Shown here: positions 55,653 through 64,000 of the stretch, piece after piece
Numbering within the stretch: position 1 is the stretch's first letter
How the letters are laid out: every line of letters begins with the position of its first letter
Virus record (IMG/VR): IMGVR_UViG_3300020183_005033
Span: 58,437 to 122,436 of that record
Length of the DNA: 64,000 nt
Direction: 5' to 3' (one strand)
From: a virus
Program-made: the position numbers and the translations under genes
The notes under the pieces: model-generated
What the model saw: only the letters and a program-made list of their open reading frames with translations
What the model was told of the DNA's origin: nothing
The model's database searches: none

Positions 55653-58600
55653 ATGGCTGAAATTTTACATAAAGACCTAATCGGCGAAGACATTCACGAA
55701 TTGCGTATTACAATTGGGTCAACCGCCCCCTCTTCCGTTCCACTGTTTGTGGGACAAGGGTATTATGATATTGTCGCTAAAAAGCTTTATATATCCCAGG
55801 GAACGTCTACCGTTGCAGATTGGGTCACAACTGAAATCCCAGCATTTGTAAATCTCATAGACACTCGAACCGTTTCGTGGACTTCCACCGTTATTGGGAG
55901 TCAAATCGCATATAGAGCAAACGTTGAAGAGGCTGAGTTAATATTGACCTCTTCAAATGTTACGGATTTCGCCACCGCCGTTTTAACAATTCCTCAAATT
56001 GTTTCTCTTTTGGCCGACCAGCATACTCGTTTAGTTATGAGAACCGGGGCAGAACCTCAGCCAAGCGTTTGGAATCCATCTTTTTTTAATGGTCTGGAGT
56101 TAGATGCCGATTCTCAAAAAATTAAATTATCGCAAAATTTATCTGACACCGGAAATCCAACTTTTGACGAAATCACGTTAACCGTCAAAACAAAAACACC
56201 GATTTTAACGCTTACCCCGGGCGGCACTCCTACTTCCGCTTCGCTCTATCTAGATCCCGTAAAAGGTATGGTTTCAAGTGGGTACGCCGGCTCTACGTCT
56301 AGTTTTGTTTTGGAAAATGAATTAGGCGCGACCGTTCTTTCTAATCCAATCGGCACCGATCAGCTGGTGGTGCCTTCTCTGGGAGCCGGAATTAACACTC
56401 CCGGAGTTGTACACACAAATAGTAATGGATTACTTAGCTCTTCAAAAATAATTGATGTCGATGTGGGAGTTAATGCCGCCATTCAGGGAACAAAAATTAT
56501 CCCTGACTTTGGTTCACAGAACGTTCAGACAACCGGCGCCCTTTTTGTTGATACAATCGAGTCGGATACCGATGATATTAGTGTTTTGGCGGGCAACACA
56601 AATAAAAACATTTCAATTGGTACGGGTATTGGATACAATACAATTACAATCGGTGGACTTAATTCTACCGTAAATATCTCGGGAGCCACATATACAACCC
56701 CGGTTGAATATGTCTCCGAAGATAAAAATATTGTTGTAAATTTCAACGCTTCTGGACAAGATTCTCAGGAATCTGGACTGTACGTTCAAGAAGAATATGC
56801 CGGTGCGCATATTGATTTGTTAGATGCTATTTGGCAATCTGGAAATACAGTTAGATATATAGTCGATGGTGCCGGAAGTGGCGTTGATGGATTAGCTGCT
56901 GGCGAATATATTCGCGTGACAAATTTTTTAAATAACCAAAACAACGGTACTTTTAAGGTAACTACGGTCAACGTTGGTTATGTGGACGTAGTTAACCCTC
57001 AAAGAACAAACGCTTCTTTGGATGAAACGGGCGTTTCTGGAGCAAGTGGCGCTCGTTTGTTATTAAATGGATATGTTCACGTTGGCGCTACGCGCATGAG
57101 TTGGGAGGTTAGGGCACCTGCTCATTCAGGCATAATTGATTTAAAGCCACAAGCTTTGGCAAAAACCCTGCTTTTAACCAGCGAATCGACAGATAATGTA
57201 ACAGTTAAGTTTAATACGAACTTAACTATTGATCAGGATTTGCAAAAAACATCGTCGGCTGAGTTTTCAAATTTAAAGCTTTCTAGCTTTGGAACCGGCA
57301 TAGTGCGATCAGATGTTGACGGACAGCTATCATCTTCTTTAATTCAAAATTCAGACATTGACGGCGCTGCCGGAATTTCAGGAACAAAAATTATCCCTAA
57401 CTTTGGTTCACAGAACATTCAGACAACCGGAGACTTATCGGCTGGTTCTGTAAAAATTACAGGATTTGAACCAATTTCTGGAGCAAATCTTTTTAAATCA
57501 ACAACAAATGGTTTGGTTTTAAGGGGAATTGCGGGCACAGCTGCATCATTTAAACTAATTAGCGAACTCGGAGTAAATTTAGTAACAATTACCGATAACG
57601 GAACTGTTACTTTTCATGAACTAACAAATGGAATCGTGAAGGCTTCTGCCGCTGGAGTTTTAAGTTCAAGTTTAATAACAGACGCTGACGTTGGTGCCGC
57701 CGCGAACATACAGGGTAGCAAAATTCAGGAAGCCAGTACCACTGAGCCTGGAATAGTTACAATATCTTCTCAGTCTTTTTCGGGGAACAAGACATTTACA
57801 GGAAATGTTGCTGTTTCCGGTTTATCTACGGTCGGTGTTGTTCATAATGATGTCGCCGGCTTGCTTTCAACGTCTCTAATTATGGATGCTGATGTTAACC
57901 CATCTGCGGCAATTTCTGCCTTCAAAATTTCAATTCAACCGGGCGGAAACATCACGTCAATAGACGCTCAGGCTGCAATCGATGAGCTAGATGAGAAAAA
58001 AGTCGCAAAAACGGGCGACAGTATGTCCGGATCTTTAACTTTTTCAAGCGGATTTGGCATAGAATCAACAGCGCCGTCCGCTGCACTAAATGTCGGAGCA
58101 ACCTCAAATACGTCTGTTTTGAATCTTGGAACAGGCAGCTCTACCAAAACTATTAACTTGGGTACTGGCTCGGGCGCAACAACAATTAATATTGGTGGCT
58201 CTGGCGATACTATTAATATTGTTGGAACCTTAAATAGCGTTAATGTTACCGATATGGAGGTTACCGACAAAAATATTACCCTCAATAAACAAGGTGCATC
58301 CTCTTCTGGAGACGGAGCTGGTCTTGGTATTGAGGAAAATGCAAGTATTGTCGGCTATGCAAAAATTGGTAATAGCAGAACTAGTTGGGAATTTAAGGCT
58401 CCCGCAGGTTCTGGCAACATTAGGTTAACTCCCTCCACCGAAGCTTATGCCGCAGAGTTTAAAATTCCTAGCCTGACCTCTTCGGTTGTTTATAGCTTTC
58501 CCGCAATTACAGAAACTTTGGTGGGCAGAAGCACAACGGACAATCTTTCTAATAAAACGTTGTTTAATCCAATTATTGATCAGATCACGCCCTATAACGT

Positions 58601-60566
58601 CGACAAAACAATTGCGATTAGTAGTACCGCTGCTTTAAAAATTCCAGTTGGTACAAACACAGAACGGTCTGCCTTTACGGCGACAGACGGAATGGTAAGA
58701 TACAACTCAACGGATTCTTTTTATGAGGGGTATTCCGACGGAAATTGGTCTTCATTGAGTGCTATCAAGATTCTTACAATTTCTTCCGCTACCGTTTTGT
58801 CCAAACAAACTAAATATTTAGCTAATACTTTTGCAGGCTCTTTTTCTGTTACTCTTCCCCTCGGCAGCGCAAACTCTAGAATTGAGATTAAAGACGCTAA
58901 CTTTACCTGGCAAACAAACAACCTAACGATCATTCCAGCCTCTGGACAAAGAATCCATAATCTAGCTATTAACGAACCCCTCGTGTGCGATGTTAATGGC
59001 GGTTGGGTTGGTTTGGACTGGGATTCTGTAAATTCTCGGTGGGTTTTAGCCACAAGCGCAATTGTAGACCTAAACGATACGTATGCGACTGAACTATACG
59101 CAGGGGTTGTTAGTACAGGAACTCAAACGTTTTCGGGCACAAAAACATTTAGTGACGGAATTGTATTAAAAACTAACGCAACGCCTGCAATTGCTCCGGC
59201 AGACGGGATTCAGGTTTATGCTAAAGCAGACAGTAAACTTTACACCTTAAACTCATCGGGCACCGAACAAGCCGTTGGTTCGGGCGGTTCAGTTTTATCG
59301 ATTACGCAAGCATCCCACGGATTTACTTCGGCTGATGTTGGTCGTCCGTTGTATCTTAACGGTTCCGCATATGCATTTGCAAAAGCCGATATTGAGGCTA
59401 CTGCCGAAGTTTCTGCGCTTATTAGCAGGGTAATCGATTCAAATAAGTTCGAGGTTTGTCTCGGCGGCGAAGTATCGTCGGTTGGAGCTAACCTTATTGT
59501 TGGCGGCGGGTTTCTCACGCCCGGAGAAGTGTATTTCCTCTCCGCATCCGAAGCTGGTAAAATTTCAACCACTCCACCTTCCGTTGTGGGTCAAATTTCC
59601 AAGCCCGTTGGTATTGCCCGTACTACGACTGCGCTTGATTTCTTCAATATGACCGGTTCTACAATTGGTGGAACAAATGCATATACGCAGATTGGTCTTA
59701 CCAATAACGCAGTTACGACTATTCAGAATGCTTCGGCATATGATAATGTAGAGTTGACTGGTTGGGTTTATATTAACGCAACTACCCCGCTGCGTTTTGG
59801 TATCAAAGTTCAGGTTACTAAGAATGGTGCTGGAACAAACTATCTTGTCAGTAACCAAACTACGGGCGATACTCCGCCACTTGGGTTTGACGTTGACGCC
59901 ACAGCGGCTGGTCTTGTTCAGATTACTTTACCTTCGATTGCGGGATTTACGTCTGCGGTTGTGCAGTTTAGCTTGAATGGACCTGCGGTTGGTGCGAGTT
60001 TGCCGTTGCAGATTGAGTCAACAAACGTAAGTTTTAGTACAGTTCAGGCTAAAGATACAAATGGTATCGCTTTCCGAAATTCAGCTGGTACAGGAATTGG
60101 TTCCCTAACGAATGCGGGATATCTATTAACACCAAATATTCCCGCATTTTATGCGTGGCAAACAGGGGGGATAGCTAGCACACTAACCGGTGCATTTGGT
60201 ACTATTGCCCCTAAATTTGGAAACACTAGATTAAATGTAAATGGCTGCTATGACACATCAACTGGTCGTTTTACCGCTCCTGTATCCGGGATATACGAAT
60301 TTCATTTTGGTATAACTCATCGATATTCTTCTGCAGCTGGTCAACTTGAGCCTACTTTTTATTTAAATGGATCGAATATTTCACCTCGTGGTTGTGCCTA
60401 TAGTTGGGTAACCCAAAGTAATGATCATGATTGGGTGCTTGCACATATGATGTTATCGCTAACTGCGGGTCAGTATGTGCAATGCGGAATACATGCGTGT
60501 GCCGCAGGTGTTGATTATTATTACGGAGAAAATTTAGGGTATTTTTCAGGCAAACTAATAGGTTAA
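55653..60566 (+). CDS. long tail fibre with C-terminal C1q-like domain
   Basis: S/T/G-rich repeats (GVVH...GLLSSS.I.D.DV...A.I), gp10-like module; C-terminal PAFYA...YDTSTGRFTAPVSGIYEF...LTAGQYV...FSGKLIG. Confidence 0.8.
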   Translation: MAEILHKDLIGEDIHELRITIGSTAPSSVPLFVGQGYYDIVAKKLYISQGTSTVADWVTTEIPAFVNLIDTRTVSWTSTVIGSQIAYRANVEEAELILTSSNVTDFATAVLTIPQIVSLLADQHTRLVMRTGAEPQPSVWNPSFFNGLELDADSQKIKLSQNLSDTGNPTFDEITLTVKTKTPILTLTPGGTPTSASLYLDPVKGMVSSGYAGSTSSFVLENELGATVLSNPIGTDQLVVPSLGAGINTPGVVHTNSNGLLSSSKIIDVDVGVNAAIQGTKIIPDFGSQNVQTTGALFVDTIESDTDDISVLAGNTNKNISIGTGIGYNTITIGGLNSTVNISGATYTTPVEYVSEDKNIVVNFNASGQDSQESGLYVQEEYAGAHIDLLDAIWQSGNTVRYIVDGAGSGVDGLAAGEYIRVTNFLNNQNNGTFKVTTVNVGYVDVVNPQRTNASLDETGVSGASGARLLLNGYVHVGATRMSWEVRAPAHSGIIDLKPQALAKTLLLTSESTDNVTVKFNTNLTIDQDLQKTSSAEFSNLKLSSFGTGIVRSDVDGQLSSSLIQNSDIDGAAGISGTKIIPNFGSQNIQTTGDLSAGSVKITGFEPISGANLFKSTTNGLVLRGIAGTAASFKLISELGVNLVTITDNGTVTFHELTNGIVKASAAGVLSSSLITDADVGAAANIQGSKIQEASTTEPGIVTISSQSFSGNKTFTGNVAVSGLSTVGVVHNDVAGLLSTSLIMDADVNPSAAISAFKISIQPGGNITSIDAQAAIDELDEKKVAKTGDSMSGSLTFSSGFGIESTAPSAALNVGATSNTSVLNLGTGSSTKTINLGTGSGATTINIGGSGDTINIVGTLNSVNVTDMEVTDKNITLNKQGASSSGDGAGLGIEENASIVGYAKIGNSRTSWEFKAPAGSGNIRLTPSTEAYAAEFKIPSLTSSVVYSFPAITETLVGRSTTDNLSNKTLFNPIIDQITPYNVDKTIAISSTAALKIPVGTNTERSAFTATDGMVRYNSTDSFYEGYSDGNWSSLSAIKILTISSATVLSKQTKYLANTFAGSFSVTLPLGSANSRIEIKDANFTWQTNNLTIIPASGQRIHNLAINEPLVCDVNGGWVGLDWDSVNSRWVLATSAIVDLNDTYATELYAGVVSTGTQTFSGTKTFSDGIVLKTNATPAIAPADGIQVYAKADSKLYTLNSSGTEQAVGSGGSVLSITQASHGFTSADVGRPLYLNGSAYAFAKADIEATAEVSALISRVIDSNKFEVCLGGEVSSVGANLIVGGGFLTPGEVYFLSASEAGKISTTPPSVVGQISKPVGIARTTTALDFFNMTGSTIGGTNAYTQIGLTNNAVTTIQNASAYDNVELTGWVYINATTPLRFGIKVQVTKNGAGTNYLVSNQTTGDTPPLGFDVDATAAGLVQITLPSIAGFTSAVVQFSLNGPAVGASLPLQIESTNVSFSTVQAKDTNGIAFRNSAGTGIGSLTNAGYLLTPNIPAFYAWQTGGIASTLTGAFGTIAPKFGNTRLNVNGCYDTSTGRFTAPVSGIYEFHFGITHRYSSAAGQLEPTFYLNGSNISPRGCAYSWVTQSNDHDWVLAHMMLSLTAGQYVQCGIHACAAGVDYYYGENLGYFSGKLIG
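56487..57434 (+). repeat. 54-bp intragenic direct repeat (56487-56540 and 57381-57434)
   Basis: 50/54 identical by manual alignment; encodes GTKIIP(D/N)FGSQN(V/I)QTTG. Confidence 0.85.
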
Positions 60567-60577
60567 CGGAGAAAAAC

Positions 60578-61042
60578 ATGGCAAAAGTACCATTAATACA
60601 AAGCAGTTACCCTGTTTTTCCTGAACGCCCTTCTTTTTTTATAGGGTGGCCTGGGGCAATGTCTTTAACAGGAACCGCTGCTCTTCCTCCTACAGGAGGA
60701 ACGGTAAAATTTAATAATGGCTCTCATTTTAATACGTCAACAATGCGATTTACTTGCCCTGTTGCTGGACTGTATTTAATAGGTGCAAGCTATTTGCGAC
60801 AAAATGCAAACAATGTTGTAGTTCGTATGAATGCTTATAAAAACGGAACTAATGAAAACCAACAGCTGCGCTCTACCGAAGCATATACTGGTTTTAATTA
60901 TACAGCCGGACAATGGTGGTTATTAAAAGCAAATGTTGGCGATATTTTAGATGTTAGGATTTCGGCAGATGCTGCAACCTCGTTGTACGCGGACGGAGGA
61001 AACGGTGAATATAATTGGATTTGTGGATATTTAGTGGGGTAA
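60578..61042 (+). CDS. stand-alone C1q-like domain protein
   Basis: RPSFF...FNNGSHFNTSTMRFTCPVAGLYLI...ANVGDILDV...ICGYLVG. Confidence 0.75.
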   Translation: MAKVPLIQSSYPVFPERPSFFIGWPGAMSLTGTAALPPTGGTVKFNNGSHFNTSTMRFTCPVAGLYLIGASYLRQNANNVVVRMNAYKNGTNENQQLRSTEAYTGFNYTAGQWWLLKANVGDILDVRISADAATSLYADGGNGEYNWICGYLVG

Positions 61043-61045
61043 CAT

Positions 61046-61753
61046 ATGTCATCATCAGTAATTAAACAGCAATCTTCGGGTATTGCGACAGAAACGCAAA
61101 GTGGACTGGTTAGCACAGGGACACAATCGTTCGGTGGCGACAAAACGTTTGCGGGCACTAAAGTAGTGGTAAATGGCAATGTTGGAGTGGGCACTGCAAC
61201 GCCGGGCGCTAAAATGCAACTTTCCGCAGGAGATGCTTCGTATGCTTGGTACGGCCCAAATACAACATGGGGTGGATTTCTTATAGTTGGTGCATGTCCG
61301 AATCAAGTTACTACACTTAAATCACAAATCATTTCAACCGATGGAAATGTGCATTTAGATTCAGCAACATCAAAAAGTGCTTATATAAATTATTACTCAC
61401 AAGGAAATACATATATTAATGGGCAAGCCGGAAATGTTGGAATAGGAACATTAACGCCTAGTTATAAATTACATGTGAACGGTTCTGGATTTTTTAGTTC
61501 AAACGTTTTTTGTAATAAAGGTGGATTTTCAAGCGGAGATGGAAACTTTCTTAACGGATTAGACGGATTCTACGGTTCAAGTTACGATGGTTATTATCTT
61601 ATGTCTCGACCAGGGTATAGTAGTGCATTTTGGCAACATGACCATGGTGGTTCTACGGGAACTATTCAATGGGCAACTTCGTACAATTCAGCTTTATATA
61701 GAAGAAATCGAACTGATAATAATACTTGGACAGCATGGAGGCAGGTGGACTAA
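61046..61753 (+). CDS. short tail fibre/receptor-binding protein
   Basis: GNVGVGTATP and GNVGIGTLTPSYKLHVNG repeats; knob-like end LYRRNRTDNNTWTAWRQV. Confidence 0.7.
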   Translation: MSSSVIKQQSSGIATETQSGLVSTGTQSFGGDKTFAGTKVVVNGNVGVGTATPGAKMQLSAGDASYAWYGPNTTWGGFLIVGACPNQVTTLKSQIISTDGNVHLDSATSKSAYINYYSQGNTYINGQAGNVGIGTLTPSYKLHVNGSGFFSSNVFCNKGGFSSGDGNFLNGLDGFYGSSYDGYYLMSRPGYSSAFWQHDHGGSTGTIQWATSYNSALYRRNRTDNNTWTAWRQVD

Positions 61754-62100
61754 TGATTTTATATTTAAACATTAAAGAAAACAGAATAGAAGCCATCTTA
61801 AAACGTCCAGATCCTAACAACCCTTTTAAACTATATTGTAAGGAGTTAGAACTTCCGGATGATTTTAATATTCAAGTTGAATATTTAAATGCTGAGGGGG
61901 AATCTCGTCTTAGAGAAATGACGGTCGAAGAGTTAGAAACTGCGTTGAGCTACAGAGAACGAAGATATAATAATTATCCAAAACTTGCAGAACAGATGGA
62001 TATGCTTTGGCATGCTATGGACAAAGGGGAATTACCCAAGGTTGAATCTTTTTACAATGCTATTAAACAAGTTAAAGAACAATATCCTAAAGATAACTAA
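61753..62100 (+). CDS. putative tail fibre assembly chaperone
   Basis: YRERRYNNYPKLAEQMDMLWHAMD...FYNAIKQVKEQYPK; TAATG-coupled. Confidence 0.65.
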   Translation: MILYLNIKENRIEAILKRPDPNNPFKLYCKELELPDDFNIQVEYLNAEGESRLREMTVEELETALSYRERRYNNYPKLAEQMDMLWHAMDKGELPKVESFYNAIKQVKEQYPKDN

Positions 62101-62165
62101 TTTTGGACTATTTGTGGACTTGGCAATTGCTAAAGGTTGGGCTACAGTGGCATCGGAGGTATCAA

Positions 62166-62561
62166 ATGGCTAATTTAAGTTTAATTTCTACTGCGGGTAG
62201 GGATTTTCAAGATGGCGGATATAAGATTAATTACGGCGTTTATAGCCCAACAGTAACCACAGTTTCTGGAGTTGCGGACGCAAATCTTGGAAACTCTTTT
62301 AGAGACATGAGAACAGGTAACAGAACAATTGCCGTTCATAATCTTAAAGATGGTCAATCTTTAACGGTTTTAGTTCAGGGTGCGCTAAACGATATTGTCA
62401 CCATAACTGTATTTGGTGATGCGGGGATTACTTCAGTGCCCGTAAAATACGGAGCAGGACAAAGCGGAACTATGGCTTCTACGTATTCTCTTTTTACAGT
62501 TTATCGCGTTGGGGGGGATTTAAATTTTGCAGTGATTGGTCCAATTCACGGGATAGTATAA
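62166..62561 (+). CDS. putative tail-fibre-associated protein
   Basis: GGAGG RBS at ATG 62166; beta-rich. Confidence 0.55.
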   Translation: MANLSLISTAGRDFQDGGYKINYGVYSPTVTTVSGVADANLGNSFRDMRTGNRTIAVHNLKDGQSLTVLVQGALNDIVTITVFGDAGITSVPVKYGAGQSGTMASTYSLFTVYRVGGDLNFAVIGPIHGIV

Positions 62562-62562
62562 T

Positions 62563-63957
62563 ATGTTTTTTAATAATGCCGTTGGCATGCTGGCAACACA
62601 AAAAGCGATTGAAACGGAAGAAAAAATTACATCTTCTACAACAAAAACAATGTCGTCTGCTTACGTTCCCCAAAGCATTAAAGTCTGGGGAATTGGCGGG
62701 GGAGCCGGTGGATCCAATGGGGCAAATGGGGCAAATGGTAATGTCGGCGGCTCAGGAGTAAACGGAGGTACCGGTATAGCTGGATCCGGAGACAGCGGAG
62801 GTCGTGGCTGGTCGAGCGGCGGATACGGTTACGGTGGAGCCGGCGGAGCTGGCGGAGCCGCTGGCAACGGAGGAGCAGGCGGAGCCGGGGGGGCAGGCGG
62901 AGCAGGCGGTGGAAAAGGATCCGGAAATTTAAATAATTACATTTCTGAAAATTACAATACATATGATTTTTTTTCTGATTTTATTGGCGGGGTTGATATC
63001 GCAATCGTTGTTGGAAACGGAGGGAATGCTCAAACAAACGGAAGTTTATCTGGCGTAAGTATTAATGGGATTCAAAAAATTATGTATTCAGGTGGGCTCA
63101 TAAACCAATCACCTGGAACACCGGGAGCAAACGGAACAAACGGTACGGCTGGCAGCGGGGGAGCCGGTGGAGCCGGGGGTGCGCTCGTTGGAGGATCTGG
63201 AGTAAATGGCGGAGGCGCAGGAGGAGGAGCAGGCGGAGCTGGTGGTAGCGGACGAGGAGTCGGTGGAAGTGGGGGCACCGGGGGGATCGGCGGAAGCATG
63301 AGCATTGGTTTCGTCTTAGGTGGTATAGAATACGGAACCGGAGGCGCCGGCGGAAACGGTGGAATTGGCGGAATTGGTGGAATTGGTGGAATTGGTGGAA
63401 TTGGTGGAAACGGTGGAAATGGTTACGGAGGAGGAGGCGGAGGACAGTCTGTTTATCAAACAGATTTTTTCCACCCTTACGCTGGAAACTCCGGAGGCTG
63501 GGGTTGGGGCGGCGGTGGCGGTAGCGGAGCGGCCTCTACCTTCACAAATTTAGCCGGAGGAAACGGAGGCTCTTCGGTAAATGGATATAGTGGAGGAGCA
63601 GCAGGTAGTTTTCCACCCAATGGTTTTGGAGGAGGTTGTGGTGGCGGTGGCGGTGCCGGCTCCGGTGGAAATGGCGGCGGCGGTGGCGCTGGATATTATT
63701 TAAACGGTATATACTATCCGGGCGGCGGTGGCGGCGGAGGTTGGGGCGGCGGAGGAAATGGCGGACGAGGACAAGGATATTTGGGGCCATATTCCGGAGG
63801 TTCGGAAAGCGGCTATGGCGGTAGCGGTGGAGGATATGGAGGAGCAAGCGGAGCCGGGGGTGCTTCTGGTGGTGCAGGAACATCCGGAACTGCCGGTCAA
63901 GCTGGACAATCTGGCAAAAATGGCATAATAATATTAAGGTATAAAACATTTCAGTGA
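62563..63957 (+). CDS. glycine-rich (polyglycine-II type) adhesin-like protein
   Basis: IKVWGIGGGAGG...IAIVVGNGG...GKNGIIILRY frame around long GGA/GGN/GIG tracts. Confidence 0.7.
   Translation: MFFNNAVGMLATQKAIETEEKITSSTTKTMSSAYVPQSIKVWGIGGGAGGSNGANGANGNVGGSGVNGGTGIAGSGDSGGRGWSSGGYGYGGAGGAGGAAGNGGAGGAGGAGGAGGGKGSGNLNNYISENYNTYDFFSDFIGGVDIAIVVGNGGNAQTNGSLSGVSINGIQKIMYSGGLINQSPGTPGANGTNGTAGSGGAGGAGGALVGGSGVNGGGAGGGAGGAGGSGRGVGGSGGTGGIGGSMSIGFVLGGIEYGTGGAGGNGGIGGIGGIGGIGGIGGNGGNGYGGGGGGQSVYQTDFFHPYAGNSGGWGWGGGGGSGAASTFTNLAGGNGGSSVNGYSGGAAGSFPPNGFGGGCGGGGGAGSGGNGGGGGAGYYLNGIYYPGGGGGGGWGGGGNGGRGQGYLGPYSGGSESGYGGSGGGYGGASGAGGASGGAGTSGTAGQAGQSGKNGIIILRYKTFQ
63352..63423 (+). repeat. in-frame 9-bp tandem repeat (8 units; GGAATTGGY x5 core)
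   Basis: ggaaacggt (ggaattggy)x5 ggaaacggt ggaaatggt. Confidence 0.85.
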
Positions 63958-64000
63958 TATTATTTTTTATAAGGAGTTTTAAATGTTTATTAGTTTAATT

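Noticed and set aside
63542-63949. Trp/Arg- or His/Arg-rich ORFs over the Gly-rich gene
   Set aside because: Alternate-frame artefacts of GGN codon runs.
1-64000. CRISPR array, tRNA/rRNA genes, integrase, transposase, reverse transcriptase, introns or inteins
   Set aside because: No regularly spaced repeats, cloverleafs or diagnostic motifs were seen by eye, and intergenic space is minimal. A covariance-model scan would be needed to exclude small RNAs.

Overview
This window is a 64-kb internal fragment of a large tailed dsDNA phage with a contractile (myovirus-type) tail, using the standard genetic code. The tail/baseplate block (6.0-32.6 kb) encodes a sheath, three tube-fold paralogues, two chaperones, tape measure, hub, spike, a LysM+gp25 fusion, a 2331-aa baseplate-J-like protein, a wedge protein and a fibre anchor. 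Head/packaging genes are scattered (putative TerS, TerL+HNH, portal, gpF-like protein, prohead protease). A receptor-binding block (55.6-64 kb) holds C1q-domain fibres and a Gly-rich protein. Accessory genes include a ClpX lacking its Zn domain and IGF loop, a secreted MltD-like transglycosylase, dUTPase, a Mom-like DNA modifier, GlpX, three glycosyltransferase-like genes, an SF2 helicase, an AP2 protein and a lipoprotein cluster. The major capsid gene, DNA polymerase, integrase, tRNAs and CRISPR arrays were not found. The strongest non-obvious signal is regulatory: five accessory islands start with flagellar sigma-28 (FliA/SigD)-type promoters (CTAAA-N15-NCCGATAA), three of them with a built-in anti-Shine-Dalgarno arm. 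Four of the five islands carry an unannotated small membrane peptide. Structural genes instead share an upstream TAAAAT element. A second candidate system is virion heptosylation (an Aah/TibC-like heptosyltransferase plus GlpX, GT2 and DUF5672). All protein calls come from motif recognition by eye; no searches were run.
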